A DNA stretch of 64,000 nt from Verrucomicrobiia bacterium. GTDB lineage: Bacteria; Verrucomicrobiota; Verrucomicrobiia; Limisphaerales; UBA1319. Shown here piece after piece: positions 29,688 to 40,112 of the stretch. The position numbers and the translations under genes are program-made. Positions within the stretch are counted from its first letter, which is position 1. Each line of letters begins with the position of its first letter. The notes beneath the pieces were generated by a model. It had not been told where the DNA came from. It searched no databases and saw nothing but the letters and a program-made list of their open reading frames with translations. The stretch lies in the NCBI GenBank assembly GCA_963664225.1, contig OY760937.1, positions 2,688,001 through 2,752,000 on the forward strand. Direction: 5' to 3'.

Positions 29688-29933
29688 TTAATGTTTGCGG
29701 AAAAGAAAGGACGTGCCCGCAAGGAGCCCGGCTCCCAGCAGCGCGCCGCCCAGAAAATCGAGACCGGGAACGAATTGTTTATGGTATTCGATGCCCTCGA
29801 TTCCGGTCACTGCATCGAGAGTTTTTACAGGGACACTGGTGCGGGTCCAACCCCGGTTGGCGCCGGTGGCGAGCCAGGTCAGACCCGCTGCAAGCAGGAG
29901 AACCAGTGCGAATATGCGCAGGATGCGTTTCAT
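29688..29933 (-). CDS. Small two-TM membrane protein
   Basis: MKRILRIFALVLL…; sits in the operon between pirin and yceI. Confidence 0.7.
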   Translation of the reverse strand: MKRILRIFALVLLLAAGLTWLATGANRGWTRTSVPVKTLDAVTGIEGIEYHKQFVPGLDFLGGALLGAGLLAGTSFLFRKH

Positions 29934-29955
29934 GGTTTGGCGCCGTTGTGGCGGT

Positions 29956-30657
29956 TTATTCCAGGTCAAACAGTAGCACCTGGGACGGTTTCGTGCCGGA
30001 AAGTTTCACGGCCGACTCGTCGGAAAACGCGGCGGCGTCGCCCGCCTTGAGCGAGTGCCCGTTGAGCTTCACTTCGCCCTCCGCCACATGCACCCAGGCA
30101 TGGCGGCCCGGTTTCAATGCCTGAACCACTTCGTTCCCAGCCTCCAACTGCGCAATGTAAAGGTCCGCATCCTGGTGGATCGTCAGGGAACCCTCGCGTC
30201 CCAATTTGGAGGCAACCAGGTTGAATTGCCCTTTGGGCGCAGTGGCCAGGGACTTCTCCGCGTAATGCGGTTTGAGCCCATCCTGATCGGGCAATATCCA
30301 GATCTGGAGCAGATGCACGGCCTCGTCTTTTGAGGGATTGAACTCGCTGTGGCGAACCCCCGTGCCGGCGGACATGTATTGCACTTCGCCCGGCCGGATG
30401 ATGCGTCCGTTGCCCATGGAATCCTTGTGCTCGAGCGCGCCGCTCAGGACGTAGGTGATGATCTCCATGTCGCGATGGGGATGCGTTCCAAATCCCATTC
30501 CCGGCATCACCAGGTCGTCATTGATGACGCGCAGGGAGCTGAACCCCATCCACTGCGGATCGTAATAGTCCGCGAAACTGAACGTATGATACGAATCCAG
30601 CCAGCCGTGCTCGGCGTGGCCTCTTTCATTCGCTTTTCGAATCTTAATCATGGTCAT
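29956..30657 (-). CDS. Pirin family protein (YhhW-like)
   Basis: HTFSFADYYDP, HPHRDMEI and HSEFN motifs. Confidence 0.93.
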   Translation of the reverse strand: MTMIKIRKANERGHAEHGWLDSYHTFSFADYYDPQWMGFSSLRVINDDLVMPGMGFGTHPHRDMEIITYVLSGALEHKDSMGNGRIIRPGEVQYMSAGTGVRHSEFNPSKDEAVHLLQIWILPDQDGLKPHYAEKSLATAPKGQFNLVASKLGREGSLTIHQDADLYIAQLEAGNEVVQALKPGRHAWVHVAEGEVKLNGHSLKAGDAAAFSDESAVKLSGTKPSQVLLFDLE

Positions 30658-30706
30658 AAGCTATCATGCTGACCCTGGACATGCGTAAGACCGTGTTTCT
30701 TGACTC

Positions 30707-30727
30707 AGCATAACCATGAGGTATGCT
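30707..30727. promoter_or_regulatory. LysR-type T-N11-A binding site
   Basis: AGCATA-9 nt-TATGCT dyad between the divergent pirin and lysR genes. Confidence 0.6.
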
Positions 30728-30736
30728 CAAAGGGAG

Positions 30737-31636
30737 ATGGAATTGCGTCACCTTCGGTATTTTGTCGCCGCGGCGGAGTCTGAAAACGTCTCGCGGGCCG
30801 CGTTGAAACTGCACGTTTCCCAGCCCGCGCTGAGCCGCCAGATTCGCGATCTGGAGGACGAAATCGGTTTCCCTCTTTTCATCCGCAGCGCCAAATCGGT
30901 GAGCCTGACGGAGGCCGGACGGGAGTTTTTGACCGGATCGCGGGCCGTGTTGCAGCGTGCCGAGGAGGCCGTGAGCGTTGCGCGGGCCATTGCATTCGAT
31001 GGTCGCGGCGAAATTCACGTGGGCTACGCGCCGTCTCCCACGGTGCGGATTCTCCCCCCCACATTGCGCGCGTTCCAGGAGCAGTTGCCCCATGTGCGGG
31101 TCCGGTTGCACGACCTGTCCACGGAGGAAATGCTGGCCGGTGTGCGTGAGGGGAACCTGAAGATCGCCTTCATTGCGCAGCCGGGACGCGCCGAGTTGCG
31201 GGGGCTGCGCTGGGAGGAACTGGCGCGCGATCCGATGCGCCTGGCCGTGCCGCCCAATCACGCCTTCGCCAGCCTCCGATCCGTCACCCGGGCGCAGGCG
31301 GCGAAAGAGCCTTTGGTGGCCTTTACCCGCAAGGACTATCCCGAGTACCACGAATTTCTGGAAAATCTTTTTGCCGGCCTGAAAGCCAGGCCCCGCATTG
31401 CCGAGGAACACGACAGCGCGAGCAGCTTGATCGCCGCGATCGAGGCGGGCATCGGCGTGGCCGTGGTGGCGCAAACCCTGGCCTGCTCCGCGGGACCGCG
31501 CCTGAAACTCATCCCGTTGACACCCGAACCCGAGCCGCTGGTTATCGGCGCCGTCTGGCTGAAGGCGGGCCTTGGGGCGACCGGTGAGCAATTTCTGAAA
31601 TCCGCCAGAGTGGCAATCGCGAAGAAGGCAGGATGA
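30737..31636 (+). CDS. LysR family transcriptional regulator
   Basis: MELRHLRYF…SQPALSRQIRDLE; divergent from the pirin operon. Confidence 0.94.
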   Translation: MELRHLRYFVAAAESENVSRAALKLHVSQPALSRQIRDLEDEIGFPLFIRSAKSVSLTEAGREFLTGSRAVLQRAEEAVSVARAIAFDGRGEIHVGYAPSPTVRILPPTLRAFQEQLPHVRVRLHDLSTEEMLAGVREGNLKIAFIAQPGRAELRGLRWEELARDPMRLAVPPNHAFASLRSVTRAQAAKEPLVAFTRKDYPEYHEFLENLFAGLKARPRIAEEHDSASSLIAAIEAGIGVAVVAQTLACSAGPRLKLIPLTPEPEPLVIGAVWLKAGLGATGEQFLKSARVAIAKKAG

Positions 31637-31743
31637 GCGCGGCATCCAGCGCGCCAATGGCTGCCTGCAACCGGGCCCCAATGATTTTATAAACAGGGCG
31701 CCGGGCCGAACACCCGGAGCCCTGCTGTGTCAGGACCTCTGCC

Positions 31744-31836
31744 TTAGTCCTTTTTCTGGCGGATGAACCAGTAGGAGGTCACTCCAATCAATACGATGAC
31801 CGTCCACAAAATCCAACGGATATATTCCTCTTTCAT
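31744..31836 (-). CDS. 30-aa single-TM small protein
   Basis: MKEEYIRWILWTVIVLIGVTSYWFIRQKKD, read manually; below the ORF-track cutoff. Confidence 0.45.
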   Translation of the reverse strand: MKEEYIRWILWTVIVLIGVTSYWFIRQKKD

Positions 31837-32552
31837 GATGATATCTCAATGGGTTCAAAATGATTCGTCTGAAACCGTGACGGCTCCAGGGTTCTCCCAC
31901 AGCGCCCGCAAAACTGCCATTTCTGTATGGCCTTGCGAACCGCGAGGGACCGTGAGGAAGCGCCTTAAGCGACGCAGGGATCCCGGGGAAAGAGGGCGGT
32001 TCGCTGTCGAAACTGCCAGGTCTTACGAAATTCTTCCGGAGCAGGTGCCAGTGCCCACACGCTTGCCCATCCCCTCATCTCCGGAGTCGCAGGCCCGCAA
32101 AGCTCCACGGTATGCAACCCCTGGGTCTTTGAGAGCCACCATGGAAGACCCGACGACCGAAACTGATGAAACTGCGCGGTATCCGATGGGTATTGAGTGG
32201 CGGAGACTCTCTCTGCGAAAATCCAGCCTTGCGACTGGATGGCGCGGGAGGTTTGAGGCCGTGCAAAGAATAGGACCGGGAGCCAGCTCAAGGCCAGCAG
32301 CATCAACCCGATTCTTTGCAGCAAAAATGGCACATCGCCCACCTTACAGGTTCAAGCGGGTAATTCCAAACTTTTTCAAACGCCCGAGCGGTTGCAGCCG
32401 TCCTGTTTGACTGTGATGAAAACGATTCCGCGCTGCATTTCATTCGAGAATAGGTCGGAAACCCCGAAGGCAAGCACACCGGGTTTGTTCATACTACTCC
32501 GTCGCCATAGCGCACGCCGCGCCACCCTTGTAGTTCGCGTGCGCCACCCCTC

Positions 32553-35138
32553 CTACTCCGGCTTGATCACCGCCACGACATGATGGCCCACGGTCAGGTA
32601 TTTGCGGGCGACCTCGCGGGTCATGTCCACGGTGACCGCCTCGTAATGGGCGTCCTCGGCATCGGAGCTTTGATAGCCCAGGCCGTAGAGTTCATCGAGG
32701 GCCACCGAGCTCGCGTAGGCGCCAAGGTCCTGCCGCGCAATTTTCTTCTGGCCCACGATCTTGGCCTTGGCCCGGCTCAATTCCTCCGGCGTCAGCCCCG
32801 AGGCCACGAGCGACTGGGCCTCGATGAGCATTTCCTGCTCGACGCGCTCGGCGTGCTCGGGAGCGGTGCCCGCGTAGAAGGCGAAGTATCCGGGAACCAC
32901 GCCCAGCATATTAAACGCGCCCACATAGTAGGCCAGGCCCAGTTGGTCGCGAATGCGCAGGAACAATCGGGAGCCCAGGTCGTTGCACGCCTCCTGAACC
33001 AGGTCCAGCGCGTATTTGTCCGGGCTGTCGATGCTCAGGCCGGAAAAGCCGATCACGACGACGACCTGCTTTTTGTCACGGGTTTCGACCACGCGCGGCG
33101 CTCCGGTCCACGACGCCGGGCTGGCCTTGTGGGACAGCACCGCCGGGGTTTTCCACGACTTGAACGCCTTCGCCACTTCCGTCCGGACACGCTCCGTTTT
33201 CACATCACCGAAAATCGCCAGCACGCAATTATTCGGCGCCACAAGCGCCTTGTGAAACTGGCGCAAATCCCCCACGCGGAATGTGGCCACGGATTCCTCC
33301 GTTCCCACAATATCCATGCCGTAACCCTGGTCGCCGAACATCACACGCCGCATCGCGCGCGAGGCGCAATAGACGAGCTGGTCGCGCATGGCCTTGATGG
33401 AGTCGATCTGCATTTGCCGCTCCATTTCCAGCGGCGCCGCGGGCCACGAGGGATGCAGCAGCACATCGGCCAGCAAATCCAGCCCCGTGCCAAAATCCTC
33501 CGTCATCACCTCCGCATTGACGCCGAAACTATTGTTCCCCGAGTAATTGTCGATGCTCCCGCCCAGCGACTCGATCTCCATCGCGATCTGCGGACCGGGC
33601 CGACGCGTCGTGCCCTTGAGCAGCATTTTCGAGAACAGCGAAGTCAGGCCGTTATTCGACGGCGTCTCCACCAATAGCCCGCCCTGGAACACCGTGCGAA
33701 ACTCGACGAACGGCAGCCGATGATCTTCCTTGATGAGCAACCGCAACCCATTGCCAAGGGTGAATAATTGAATCGGCTCGCCGACCACCGCGGGCGCGGC
33801 CTTGGCGGCGGCCTGGATTTTGCCATTGGGCGCGAGCGCGTAAAACGTCCTGTTTTCCGCCGTCAAATAACGTTTGGCCACCCGTTGAATGTCCGCGGGC
33901 GTCACGCGCTTGACCGTTTGCAACGAGCGCTGGCTGAAGTTCAAATCGTTGGCCGCCATCCAGCCCCCGCCCAGATCCTGCGCCTGGCCCTGCATGGACT
34001 TGCGCAGCCCGAGAACGCTCGCCGTGCATTGTTTGACGGCCTTGGCCATTTCCGCCTTGGAAACGGGCTTCTCCTTCATCCGTTCGATTTCCTGCAGAAC
34101 CGCCGCGCGCGCCGCATCGAATTTCTCCGTGTCCGCCACCAGGCTCACGCCCATCAGCCCAATGCCGCCGGGATTGTAGGTCCATGCATCGAGGGAATGC
34201 GCGAGGCCCGCTTTTTCGCGGACGTTCTGGTAGAGCCGGGAACTGCGCCCGCCGCCCAGCAACGCCGCCAGCACATCCAGCACCGGCGTGTCCTCGTGCC
34301 GGACATCCGGCGTGTGCCAGCTCCAATGCGCGTACGCCATCTCAATGGGCGCCTCCTCCAGGATCTCCCGGGGCGCAATCTGGCTGGGCTCCTCGGGCTG
34401 CGCGATCGGCGGCATCGGCCGGGATTTCGCATCCGCAAAGGCCGTGCGGATTTGCGCCTCGACCTCCGGCGCGTTCATGTCGCCCACCACGACAAACACC
34501 AGATTGTTGGACGCGTATTTCTCACGGTAATAGCTCAGCACATCCTCGCGCTTGAGTTCGTTGAACACGTCCGGGTAGCCGATGATCGTGTGGCGGTAGG
34601 GGCTGCGCGTGAACGCCGTCTCGAACAACCGCCGACTCGAGCGCCGCGCCGGATCGTCCTGGTTCATGTCCATCTCCCGCAGAATCACCTGCTTCTCCTT
34701 CACCATTTCATCTTCGGGAAAAGTCGCGTGGCGGCAGATGTCGCACAAAATATCGATCGCCACCTTCGCGCCCGTGTTGGGCACATTGATGTGATACACC
34801 GTGCGATCGAACGACGTATAGGCGTTCATGGATCCGCCCGCCTCCTGCACCTCCTGGTCGATCCGCGCCGCGGGCCGCGTCGTCGTGCCCTTGAAGAGCA
34901 TGTGTTCGAGCAGATGCGAGAGCCCGGCGCGCATCCACGGGCCCTCGTGAATGCTGCCCGCCATGCACCACGCCTGCGCGGAAACCACGGGCGCGCTGTG
35001 GTCCTCCCGGAGAATCAGCGTCAACCCATTATCCAGCGTCACCAGCCGGACGCCTGCCGGAATGGCGGGCAGCTCGCCGTTGGCGGAAAGTTCTGCGGAC
35101 TTGGACACGCGCGGTTTGGCGTTCTTTTTAATACTCAT
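32553..35138 (-). CDS. M16 (pitrilysin) family zinc peptidase
   Basis: Inverted zinc motif HLLEH, NAYTSFDRT, and a duplicated inactive C-terminal half. Confidence 0.93.
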   Translation of the reverse strand: MSIKKNAKPRVSKSAELSANGELPAIPAGVRLVTLDNGLTLILREDHSAPVVSAQAWCMAGSIHEGPWMRAGLSHLLEHMLFKGTTTRPAARIDQEVQEAGGSMNAYTSFDRTVYHINVPNTGAKVAIDILCDICRHATFPEDEMVKEKQVILREMDMNQDDPARRSSRRLFETAFTRSPYRHTIIGYPDVFNELKREDVLSYYREKYASNNLVFVVVGDMNAPEVEAQIRTAFADAKSRPMPPIAQPEEPSQIAPREILEEAPIEMAYAHWSWHTPDVRHEDTPVLDVLAALLGGGRSSRLYQNVREKAGLAHSLDAWTYNPGGIGLMGVSLVADTEKFDAARAAVLQEIERMKEKPVSKAEMAKAVKQCTASVLGLRKSMQGQAQDLGGGWMAANDLNFSQRSLQTVKRVTPADIQRVAKRYLTAENRTFYALAPNGKIQAAAKAAPAVVGEPIQLFTLGNGLRLLIKEDHRLPFVEFRTVFQGGLLVETPSNNGLTSLFSKMLLKGTTRRPGPQIAMEIESLGGSIDNYSGNNSFGVNAEVMTEDFGTGLDLLADVLLHPSWPAAPLEMERQMQIDSIKAMRDQLVYCASRAMRRVMFGDQGYGMDIVGTEESVATFRVGDLRQFHKALVAPNNCVLAIFGDVKTERVRTEVAKAFKSWKTPAVLSHKASPASWTGAPRVVETRDKKQVVVVIGFSGLSIDSPDKYALDLVQEACNDLGSRLFLRIRDQLGLAYYVGAFNMLGVVPGYFAFYAGTAPEHAERVEQEMLIEAQSLVASGLTPEELSRAKAKIVGQKKIARQDLGAYASSVALDELYGLGYQSSDAEDAHYEAVTVDMTREVARKYLTVGHHVVAVIKPE

Positions 35139-35587
35139 AACATGACAATAGCCCTCGAACGCCCTGACCGGCGTCCTCCCTCCATTTAACCGCCCCCGCG
35201 CCCCGCAAGCCAGAATAAAGAGCGGGGTGGGAATGCCCGCCCACCGTAGCGCAGGTTTCCAATCCGCAAACGGTGGAAAACCGGAAGCAAGGAAATCAAA
35301 TCCGTAGCGGCGGACTGGCGTTCGCCGGTAATTTAAAGACCCGTCCGAATCCGCCGTGGTTTTCGATCGCGTGATCAGCGCTTCCCATCCTGATCATCCT
35401 CTCCATCCATGTGAATATCTACTGGACTTGCTCTACGGTTATTTCCAATCCGAATCCGCTTCCATTTTCTTTCCGGTCCTTGAGATCTATCCGGTTAATT
35501 ATTTCCATCCGAATCCTGATCATTCGATCCAGCCATGTTCAAAATCTTTTTCACCCCCATAAGTGCGTGAACACAATGCATTCAAAC

Positions 35588-36271
35588 TCAATGAAAGCGT
35601 AACTTCTGAACAAAAGACACCAAACCACCAAGTCCAAACAAAACGACAGTGGAAGGCTCGGGGACTATTGTGCTTGTGAACTGAATGCTATCAATGCCAC
35701 ATCCCGTGTATGGATTGGGCCGCTCGCTGCCAAAGGTAAGGGTAACCTCCTGCCCCGCATAGGTCGTGATATCTGACCACGCTTGATATTGAATGATTTT
35801 AAGAATAGTCGGATCGCTCTCCCAAATTGCAATTTCCTGCACCTGCAATGGAGTGCCATCGATTGAAAGTGAAACATGGTTGAAACTTTTAAAACTGATA
35901 TATTTGTAATCGAGCGGGATGGTTCCTCTTTGAGTAATGAACATGGGATCTGTCGAACCACTGACCATTCGGAATGCATACTGGCCATCAATCGGATAAT
36001 ATGAATTCTGATCTTTCATTTCCAATATCGGAAGCGGAGATCCACCAGGCGTTGACGAATTGAAAAATATATTCGTTGCTTGTTGCCCTTTTACGTCGGT
36101 CAATGTCCAGCCAGGCAATAAATCTTTTGTGCTGCCATAAAATAGCCATTCATTAATGCGGGTAACATTATTCGTGTTGGCGCTTTCGAAATCAAGGTTT
36201 GTAAATGCACCAGCCTGCAATACGGTTAGGCTCGCCATGCCGATGCTGAGGATTGTCAGTAAGTATTTCAT
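35588..36271 (-). CDS. PEP-CTERM sorting domain protein
   Basis: Signal peptide; C-terminal VPEPST, TM helix and basic residues; AT-rich relative to flanks. Confidence 0.85.
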   Translation of the reverse strand: MKYLLTILSIGMASLTVLQAGAFTNLDFESANTNNVTRINEWLFYGSTKDLLPGWTLTDVKGQQATNIFFNSSTPGGSPLPILEMKDQNSYYPIDGQYAFRMVSGSTDPMFITQRGTIPLDYKYISFKSFNHVSLSIDGTPLQVQEIAIWESDPTILKIIQYQAWSDITTYAGQEVTLTFGSERPNPYTGCGIDSIQFTSTIVPEPSTVVLFGLGGLVSFVQKLRFH

Positions 36272-36589
36272 ATGTGCTATTGGATTTCTGGTTAGGTACC
36301 TTGTCTGAAATTCATGTAAGATTCGCTACCAAAAGGCAAGAGGGGCCACCCATGGATTTGGTCGCTTTTCCTGTTCCGATTTATTCCCAAGCCAACCCCC
36401 AGACCTGCACCCGCCCGAACCGACCAAAGTCAGCCGATTGGGCCTATGGCTTAGGTGTCTTCATGGCACTCAGATCATTGACAACAAACCCACTCTGCTT
36501 GCCATAAATCATCTTGGCAACAGATTATATTCCGCCTCTCCCCGCGTTCTGTTTTGCGCTTCGCCTTTCGCACTCCGAGACCAACGTCC

Positions 36590-36631
36590 TGACTTCTGCC
36601 CTCCGCTCTCAGCTCTTGGCCCTCTGCCCCC
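36590..36631. repeat. Degenerate 7-bp tandem array (6 units)
   Basis: tgacttc tgccctc cgctctc agctctt ggccctc tgccccc, abutting the GH127 stop. Confidence 0.55.
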
Positions 36632-39031
36632 CTACAGCTTCACCACGCTAATCCCAAACACTCCCCCCGCGAAGTTGCCCGGCGCGGCCTGGAAGGTGAC
36701 CGTGATCCTGGACTTGTCCCGCGTCCATTCCTCGCTGAGCGGATATTCCACCTCAAAGAACTTTCCCGGTTGGTTGCGACTCAGCTCCTGGGTGGCCAGC
36801 TTCTTGCCATCCACCAGAATATCGAAACGCCGCGCGCCAGTGTCCTCGCCCCAGTAGGTGCAGATCAGTTTCGCGGGCTGGTTCGGTGTGACCTTGACCT
36901 GGTAACTGAACCACCCGCCATTGGAGGCATCGCGCCACTTGCGCCCCATGTGCTCGCCTGAATTGGAGTTCTGACTCTGGAGTTTATGATCGGTCTCCGG
37001 CTGCGGTTCGCCCGGCTGGATGCGATCGATCGTGCGGCGTTCCAGGTCCCTGCGGTGCGCCTCGGCCACGGCGATTTCCGCCTTCCTGGACTCCCATTCC
37101 GCCACGGAATACACCTTCCAATAGACATTATACCGCTGGTAATTCATCTGATGGAACGGGATCAACGTCACGTCCTTGGGCTGGCCCAGGCCCTCCGTGC
37201 GGAACCTCAGCGTCTTGCCGCTCACGCGATGAATGTGGCTCAAGACGTTCTCGGGCGATCCCGTGAAGATCGTTTCCGGTGGTGTGGGAATATGGACATG
37301 ATCAAGCTGATTGGGAGTAAAGGGGCTGACGCCTTTCAAACCCTCCGTGCCCAGTTCCCCGGCCAGCACCAGCGGACCATAGAGCACCGCGACGATGTTG
37401 GTCTCCCCCGGCAGCGGTTCGCAATGCAGCGTCATCGGCGCCTCGATATCGACCCGGTCCCCATTCTGCCATTCCCGGAGCACGCTCCAATAGCCCGCGG
37501 TGGTACTCGTCTCATTCACCTCCACCTTCTTTCCATTAATGCTCACGGTCATCCCCTGTTCCGCCCAGGCAGGCTTGCGAATGTGCAGCCTCAGCAACTG
37601 CGGCGTGTCGCAGTTGAAGATGAGTTTGCTCGAGTCACTGTTGGGAAAGGTGGTTTCCTGGCGCACCAAAAGGCCCCGCGCCTGCCAGTTCAGTTCGCTC
37701 GCGATGAACAGATTCACATACAGCGAATCGGCGCCATGCATGAAAATCGTGTCCGCATATTTGGCGTGATTCTCCATGCCCGTGCCCACGCAGCACCAGA
37801 AGGAATCAAACGGCGTGGAGTAGGTCTTGAAGTGCCCCGGCTTGAGCGAAACCAGGTAGGTGAACATCCCGCGCAGCGGATCCTGCGAGGCCAGGATGTG
37901 ATTGTAGAGACCGCGCTCGTAGAAATCCATGTAACGGCTCGAGGGATTCCACTCGAACAAATGCCGCGTGAGCTTGAGCATGTTGTAGGTGTTGCAAGTC
38001 TCGGTCGTCTCCGCGCTCAGGTGCTTCGCAAATTCATTCGTGGGAAAGAAAAACTCATGATCGCTGTGCCCGCCGATCACGTAGGAACGGGTCTCCGCCA
38101 CAAAGTGCCAGGCATTTTCCGCGATGTCGTGATAACGCCCCTCGCCGGTCACTTCAAACTCGCGCGCGGCGGCGATCATCTTTGGAATTTGCGTATTCGC
38201 ATGAATCCCGTTCAAGCGGTCCTCCCCTTTGGCCAGCGGATCGAACACCGCCGCGTGATCGAATGCCCGCGCCAGCTTCAGATGCGCCGGTTTGCCGCTA
38301 ATGGCGTAGAGATTCGCCAGCACCTCGCCCATTCCGCCGAATTCATTCTTCAGCGCCCCCTGCTGCTGCACTTCCGTGAGGCGGTTCAGCCGGAACTCGA
38401 GCCAGTCCGCCATCCGTTCCAGCACAGCCAGGGCCTGCGGATTATCGCATTCCACCGCCGTGTCCAGCAGGCCCGCCATGATCTTGTGCAGCGTGTAATA
38501 CGGCGCCCACACGGGCTTTTGCGCATCCACCCGGTCAAAGAACGATTCGGGAAAGGCAGCCAGGTATCCTGTGTTAAATCCCTTGGACGGCAGAGCCTCC
38601 TGGCATTTTGCCAGCGCCGCCACAATGGTCTCGGTCCGTTGCCTGAAGCGCGCATCGCCCGTGCTCGAATACATCAGCGCGCACGCCGAAAGATAATGCC
38701 CCAGCGAATGACCCCGCACCTCGCAGCCCGGCTCCTCCCACCCGCCGTAGGGTGCCGCCGTGCTGGGCAGGCCCGCCGTGACACGGAAAGCATGCAGCAA
38801 CCGGTCCGGCTCCAGGCTCAGCAGATAATCCTGGTCCCGCATCATCGCCTGTCGGAACGGCCCATCCAGCAACCGCACCTCCTTCAAATCGAAAGGCTCC
38901 ACCTGAACCGCTTTCGAAGCCTGCGCCCGCTTCACCTGCCGGGGCGCATCCGGCGTCGCGCCGGGAACGGAATTCACAAGGCAAAGAGCCAGTACGAGGG
39001 AGTATTTCAAAAAGGGCATGCGCATGGACAT
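36632..39031 (-). CDS. GH127/GH146-type beta-L-arabinofuranosidase-like glycoside hydrolase
   Basis: GHSLGHYLSA, HANTQIPK, ETCNTYNMLKL and FWCCVGTGMEN motifs; start approximate. Confidence 0.88.
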   Translation of the reverse strand: MSMRMPFLKYSLVLALCLVNSVPGATPDAPRQVKRAQASKAVQVEPFDLKEVRLLDGPFRQAMMRDQDYLLSLEPDRLLHAFRVTAGLPSTAAPYGGWEEPGCEVRGHSLGHYLSACALMYSSTGDARFRQRTETIVAALAKCQEALPSKGFNTGYLAAFPESFFDRVDAQKPVWAPYYTLHKIMAGLLDTAVECDNPQALAVLERMADWLEFRLNRLTEVQQQGALKNEFGGMGEVLANLYAISGKPAHLKLARAFDHAAVFDPLAKGEDRLNGIHANTQIPKMIAAAREFEVTGEGRYHDIAENAWHFVAETRSYVIGGHSDHEFFFPTNEFAKHLSAETTETCNTYNMLKLTRHLFEWNPSSRYMDFYERGLYNHILASQDPLRGMFTYLVSLKPGHFKTYSTPFDSFWCCVGTGMENHAKYADTIFMHGADSLYVNLFIASELNWQARGLLVRQETTFPNSDSSKLIFNCDTPQLLRLHIRKPAWAEQGMTVSINGKKVEVNETSTTAGYWSVLREWQNGDRVDIEAPMTLHCEPLPGETNIVAVLYGPLVLAGELGTEGLKGVSPFTPNQLDHVHIPTPPETIFTGSPENVLSHIHRVSGKTLRFRTEGLGQPKDVTLIPFHQMNYQRYNVYWKVYSVAEWESRKAEIAVAEAHRRDLERRTIDRIQPGEPQPETDHKLQSQNSNSGEHMGRKWRDASNGGWFSYQVKVTPNQPAKLICTYWGEDTGARRFDILVDGKKLATQELSRNQPGKFFEVEYPLSEEWTRDKSRITVTFQAAPGNFAGGVFGISVVKL

Positions 39032-39179
39032 ACGGTTGTGATTAGTTAGGAAACTTAAGTAATGAGTAACATGCCCCCGGTGGGCTGCAAGAATAAAGTC
39101 GGTTTTCTTTCCTGCAAACGAACGCGAGACAATGATCTTTGAGCCTGAGCTGCGGGATGCACGTGGGGCGCTCCCCGGC

Positions 39180-39287
39180 TTGGAGTCCCGTCTTTGGACG
39201 GAGCGGCTTTTGCAGGTTTCAGGCAATGGGAATAATTTCATGCACCTTTCCGTTCCCGCACTTGGCCGCCTGAAGGCGGGACTCCAA
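39180..39287. repeat. REPIN/MITE-like element with 22-bp imperfect inverted arms
   Basis: TTGGAGTCCCGTCTTTGGACGG … CCGCCTGAAGGCGGGACTCCAA. Confidence 0.55.
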
Positions 39288-39316
39288 ACTCAGCGAGGGA
39301 CGCAGGCACCGTCTCG

Positions 39317-40051
39317 TTAACCTATGCGCCTTGCGCCAGGCAGCAAACTCCGCAAAGGGCATTCCTCGCACCGGGGTTCGCGAGGACGGCAGAATGTCTT
39401 CCCCACCATTACCAGTTGCGCATGGTAATCCTGCCAGTAATCGAGCAGGTCACCGTCGCCAGTGCCGACGTTCCGTTCGCATAAATCGTGCAGGACTTCA
39501 TACTCCTCATCCGGCGCACACCACTCATGCCGCGAAAAGATGCGTCGTGTATAGGCATCGATCACAAAACTCAGCCGACCCCCCGCGTAGAGTAATATGC
39601 TGTCCGCCGTCTCGGGACCGATCCCCTTGATCGCCAGCAAACGTGTTCGGGCTTCCGCCACCGTCCCGCGAAAGAGCCGCCGCAAATCCCCGCCGCAATC
39701 CTCGACCAATATTTTTACAAAAGAATGCAGCCGCGCGGCTTTGACATTGAAGTATCCCGAAGGATGGATCAGCCGCGCCAGTTCCGCGAGACTCAGCTTG
39801 TAGAGTTTCTCCGGCGATAACACCTTCTCCCGCTTGAGGTTGGCGATGGACTTCTCCACATTGCCCCAATTCGTGTTCTGCGTCAGAATTGCCCCCACGC
39901 ACACCTCGAACGGCGTCTCCCCCGGCCACCAATGCAAGTGCCCTTGGTGCGCCCGCATCAAGCGATAGGCCTCCGGTAATGATTCGGCCATAACACTCTC
40001 ATCACGTGGCGGTTGTGAATCTTTCATCTGCTCCTGTTTGGACGTCGCCAT
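39317..40051 (-). CDS. HhH-GPD endonuclease III-related DNA glycosylase
   Basis: GAILTQNTNW, IKGIGPETADSI and FVIDAY motifs; FeS motif has three Cys (CRPREPRCEEC) with the fourth replaced by Leu; true start may be downstream. Confidence 0.85.
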   Translation of the reverse strand: MATSKQEQMKDSQPPRDESVMAESLPEAYRLMRAHQGHLHWWPGETPFEVCVGAILTQNTNWGNVEKSIANLKREKVLSPEKLYKLSLAELARLIHPSGYFNVKAARLHSFVKILVEDCGGDLRRLFRGTVAEARTRLLAIKGIGPETADSILLYAGGRLSFVIDAYTRRIFSRHEWCAPDEEYEVLHDLCERNVGTGDGDLLDYWQDYHAQLVMVGKTFCRPREPRCEECPLRSLLPGARRIG

Positions 40052-40078
40052 AAAAAAAGGACGGCTGCAAAGCCGTCC
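40052..40078 (-). terminator. Rho-independent terminator after ahpC
   Basis: GGACGGCT-loop-AGCCGTCC stem followed by a 7-T run on the minus strand. Confidence 0.75.
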
Positions 40079-40112
40079 CCGTCAACGAGTTATATCGAAA
40101 TTCGTAAAATAA

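Noticed and set aside
31796..32410. Overlapping ORFs 31796-32410 (+) and 31965-32342 (-)
   Set aside because: Neither has a recognisable motif. The minus ORF has a hydrophobic N-terminus, but the evidence is too weak.
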